Below, one piece after another: positions 30,246 to 33,276 of a stretch of DNA of 33,276 nt. The DNA comes from Bacillales bacterium. GTDB lineage: Bacteria; Bacillota_I; Bacilli_A; RFN20; CAG-826. Position 1 is the first letter of the stretch. Each line of letters begins with the position of its first letter. The notes below the pieces were generated by a model. That model searched no databases. It saw only the letters and a program-made list of their open reading frames with translations, and was not told the origin of the DNA. Made by a program: the position numbers and the translations under genes. The stretch lies in contig JAQYER010000059.1 of the NCBI GenBank assembly GCA_028723545.1, positions 1 through 33,276 on the forward strand, in the 5' to 3' direction.

Positions 30246-31142
30246 TTATCGATTTCGAATGAAAAATTCGGCGATTGTCTCGTTTGTTTTAATACTTTCT
30301 TCAAATAATGGATGCATAATATTAAAACAGTGATCTAATTTATTAGATACATCTTTGACATCTAATAATTGATAAGGATATTTATATTGATTATATAAAT
30401 CCACTAATTCGATTGATTGGTAATAATAATGGTCATTTTTAGTTGTAACAATTAACGTTGGAGGTAATTGTGAATAACGGATAATATCTTGGATTGAAGT
30501 TAATTTATAATCATCTCCATTTTCACCATTGTTATATACAGCGTTTCTAAACCATTTAATGCGGGAATTTTTATCCATGGCTTTTTTGACATTTGCGACA
30601 GGGCAAATAAGCGCTAAAGCGTTGAATTTGATTGGATTTTCAAGAAGGAAATTATATTTCGCTCTTAAATATTTATTGTTGTTAACAATCGAATAAGTAA
30701 TGACTTGCCATCCACCAGCGGAATCACCTAATCCATATATTTGCTTAATGTCACCATGATATTCTTTTCCGTGTCGATATACCCAAATCAAAGCTTGGTT
30801 AACACTTTGAACCATATCAATTAAGTCAACTTCAGGTGCTAAATCGTAATTGATATTAATAACGCAGAAGTTTTGTAACGCTAAACGCATTCCAAATTCT
30901 TTATTATAAAATTTATCTCCAGCAACAAATGCCCCACCATGAATTGAAATAACAATTGGGAGTAATCCTTCAACATGTTCTGGATAATAAACATCTAATG
31001 AATGGTTAATGGTGTTATCATGTAAATAATGAATATCGCTAAAAACAGACACTCCCTCAGGAAGAGATTGTCCTTTCATTTGTTTAATAACTGAATGTGC
31101 TTGGATTTTTCGAATTAAATTGATAAAAGATGAACTACTCAT
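30246..31142 (-). CDS. Alpha/beta hydrolase (HSL-family esterase/lipase)
   Basis: LDVYYP, HGGAF, GDSAGG nucleophile elbow, downstream Asp (NDH) and His (DHCF). Confidence 0.9.
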   Translation of the reverse strand: MSSSSFINLIRKIQAHSVIKQMKGQSLPEGVSVFSDIHYLHDNTINHSLDVYYPEHVEGLLPIVISIHGGAFVAGDKFYNKEFGMRLALQNFCVININYDLAPEVDLIDMVQSVNQALIWVYRHGKEYHGDIKQIYGLGDSAGGWQVITYSIVNNNKYLRAKYNFLLENPIKFNALALICPVANVKKAMDKNSRIKWFRNAVYNNGENGDDYKLTSIQDIIRYSQLPPTLIVTTKNDHYYYQSIELVDLYNQYKYPYQLLDVKDVSNKLDHCFNIMHPLFEESIKTNETIAEFFIRNR

Positions 31143-31144
31143 AA

Positions 31145-31840
31145 TTAATAATAAAAGACAATTGATTTAATAAAGACACGATGCGCGACATCGTCATTTG
31201 AAATAGTGACCGTATTTGTAGATTCTACTTCACTAACAAATTCATGGATTGGGTTTTCTCCTTCAGTGGATATTGATAAGTCAAAATAATTACTATTGTC
31301 ATTAACATATATTTTAGCGGATTCATCTTTAGAATATGAAGAAGTATATTCAACATATTTTGAATAAGCTTGAACAACAAATTTAACTTTTTGGAAATTT
31401 GTTTTTGTATTAATTGTTAATGATCCAGATAATTTTTTAGATCCTAATGTTAATTCAAGACATGATTGATTATTTTCCATAACATGTTCTTGAACAAATA
31501 ATCCTGAAAATGAAACGGAAGAAATGAATTGTCCATTTGGATCTAATGCTTTCGTTAATTTTTCATCACTACCATCGGTGACATCAAAATTATATCCGGC
31601 CGAAAAAGAAGATGCAAAATCATCAGGTGTTTGATATTCATTTAAGGCTGAAACACTACTAGAAGTGCTTGAACTAACACTGTCTTCACTAGAAGTTGAA
31701 TTAGAAATAGTATTTGAATTATCTAATGTTGTAGAAGATGATGTGTTATCAACTGATGAATGATTATTGGTTGATGAAGAATCACAACTAGCGACGAGAA
31801 ATAAAGAACCCAATAAGAGGATTAATGATTTTTTTATCAT
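31145..31840 (-). CDS. Putative lipoprotein with a Ser-rich linker and beta-rich C-terminal domain
   Basis: MIKK, hydrophobic stretch, LVAS-C lipobox, then about 45 Ser/Thr/Asn-rich residues. Confidence 0.75.
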   Translation of the reverse strand: MIKKSLILLLGSLFLVASCDSSSTNNHSSVDNTSSSTTLDNSNTISNSTSSEDSVSSSTSSSVSALNEYQTPDDFASSFSAGYNFDVTDGSDEKLTKALDPNGQFISSVSFSGLFVQEHVMENNQSCLELTLGSKKLSGSLTINTKTNFQKVKFVVQAYSKYVEYTSSYSKDESAKIYVNDNSNYFDLSISTEGENPIHEFVSEVESTNTVTISNDDVAHRVFIKSIVFYY

Positions 31841-31855
31841 TTAAGCCAATCTCCT

Positions 31856-32764
31856 TTACTTTTTTTCTGACTTAATAAAAACAATTGAATAATAGACTAT
31901 TAAGAAGATACAAACAACAAAAATAAATAAAATTCCTAGTGGAAGACCGAAATAAGGGTATCCAAATAAGAATAATGGTTGGGTACTTTCAGGATAATAT
32001 GATGGATTAATCGCGAATCCAACAAGCGCCCAAACATAAAAAGCAATAACTAAAAATGAGAAAGAGCTAACAAAAATAATCCAAATTGTTCTTCTTATTT
32101 TTGGAGAAATTAAAAAATATAATCCACCTAAAATTAATCCAATTGTTGGTAGTAACATAATAAATAAATTTGCTAAAACCCATGGAATATTTGGATCGTT
32201 TGGATTAGATAAAACATTACCACTTGAACAAATAACATTGCCAAGATGATATGACGCAAACGCTAATAAGAAAGTAAATAAAGCATTTGTTTTTCCTTTA
32301 ATGTATTGTTGGTTTGTTTTTTCTTTCAAATAATCTTTACGAAGCATTATTAAAATAAAGAAAACCAACGAAATAACAAAAACAATTAAAGATATTATTA
32401 AAATATCTAATGGATAATATTTAGTTAATGTTCCTATTATTTTTTTGGCATTAATATATTTGATTAATGAACAAACAAATGCAAATAACGAAATAGAATT
32501 AGTTGCAATTGTAGTCCCAAATAACAATTTCCATTTTTCTTTTTTTCCAATAGCCATATCAAATCTTCTAGACATAACAGTAATTAATAATGGAACAAAA
32601 TATAATAAAGAAACCGGCAAAATTGTTAATATTAACCTTCCTGCATGGGGAATAATTGGTGATAGCAAAACAAAGCCTTTATAAGTAAAAATACTTGATA
32701 TAGCAAATAAAACCCAAAATAACACGAGCTTCGAAATAGTTAATGTGTATCTTTTGTTTGCCAT
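31856..32764 (-). CDS. Hypothetical multi-pass membrane protein (about 8 TM)
   Basis: Long ORF with alternating hydrophobic helices; no family recognised. Confidence 0.75.
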   Translation of the reverse strand: MANKRYTLTISKLVLFWVLFAISSIFTYKGFVLLSPIIPHAGRLILTILPVSLLYFVPLLITVMSRRFDMAIGKKEKWKLLFGTTIATNSISLFAFVCSLIKYINAKKIIGTLTKYYPLDILIISLIVFVISLVFFILIMLRKDYLKEKTNQQYIKGKTNALFTFLLAFASYHLGNVICSSGNVLSNPNDPNIPWVLANLFIMLLPTIGLILGGLYFLISPKIRRTIWIIFVSSFSFLVIAFYVWALVGFAINPSYYPESTQPLFLFGYPYFGLPLGILFIFVVCIFLIVYYSIVFIKSEKK

Positions 32765-33276
32765 AAATATTTCGCCTCGCCTTCATAAGACATGTGAATC
32801 ATTTTTAAATCAAAATATTCTTTATATGAAGTATTTCCGTCTTTTGTTGTTCTTGTATAGGGGGTATCTTTTAATTCATAAAATGTTGCGCCTAACGTCT
32901 CTTCATCATGATAAATACCATCAGTAGATTTTAATCCATAAATAAAGCGAACTGGGAAATCACCATCACCACTATAATGAATATCACAATTATTTATATG
33001 GTCGTGAGCAGCCCCTATTCCCACTGTTGATTTTAATTTTTGAATTGTTTCAAATAAATTATCATCTTGTCGACTATTAGCGATTTTTTCTTGCTTATCT
33101 AAATAATTTAAATCTAATTCATCTTGATGGTCGATATATCTATATACTTCATCGTATTCAGCGTATTGGCCAATCGCATATTCGAAATCAATATTAGGAA
33201 TATGGAAAAACATTAATGATTTAATCATGTTTTCTTTGATTGGATCATTTTTTGATAAGCCATTTGAATAACGAAC
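32740..33276 (-). CDS. Metallophosphoesterase (calcineurin-like, Dcr2-type), 5'-partial
   Basis: The frame is open to the window edge (VRYSNGLSKNDPIKEN-MIKS...). MFFHIP, AHDHINN (GHDH-like) and IYGLKS motifs. Confidence 0.7.
   Translation of the reverse strand, partial: VRYSNGLSKNDPIKENMIKSLMFFHIPNIDFEYAIGQYAEYDEVYRYIDHQDELDLNYLDKQEKIANSRQDDNLFETIQKLKSTVGIGAAHDHINNCDIHYSGDGDFPVRFIYGLKSTDGIYHDEETLGATFYELKDTPYTRTTKDGNTSYKEYFDLKMIHMSYEGEAKYLWQTKDTH

Noticed and set aside
31660-31785. Ser-rich low-complexity tract as a DNA repeat
   Set aside because: It is an ordinary lipoprotein linker with mixed codons and no nucleotide periodicity.

Overview
AT-rich bacterial core-genome window that uses genetic code 11 (TGA is the stop of rlmB and queH). 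Gene order and content are Bacilli-like and suggest a reduced gut lineage near Erysipelotrichales/RF39/RFN20; this placement is an inference. Nearly everything is on the minus strand. In transcription order: partial metallophosphoesterase, membrane protein, lipoprotein, alpha/beta hydrolase, eno, MazG-like pyrophosphatase, gtrA-like gene (plus strand), kinase-like protein, flavin reductase-like protein, and tgt-queA-queH with a tandem PlsC-like acyltransferase. Next is the S10-spc-alpha supercluster (rpsJ to rplQ; rpmD and rpsD absent; rpmJ added by hand) behind a Bacilli-type S10 leader. Then come cysS, mgtC-like, rlmB, a sigH-like sigma factor, rpmG (added by hand), secE, nusG and a P1B ATPase with degenerate catalytic motifs. 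No tRNA, rRNA, CRISPR array or mobile element was seen. The most striking observation is that the rpoA-rplQ spacer is a collapsed copy of the rpoA 3' coding region. It keeps three blocks that base-pair with each other, suggesting a structured RNA element present both inside the rpoA CDS and in the leader of an L17 that has an atypical N-terminus.
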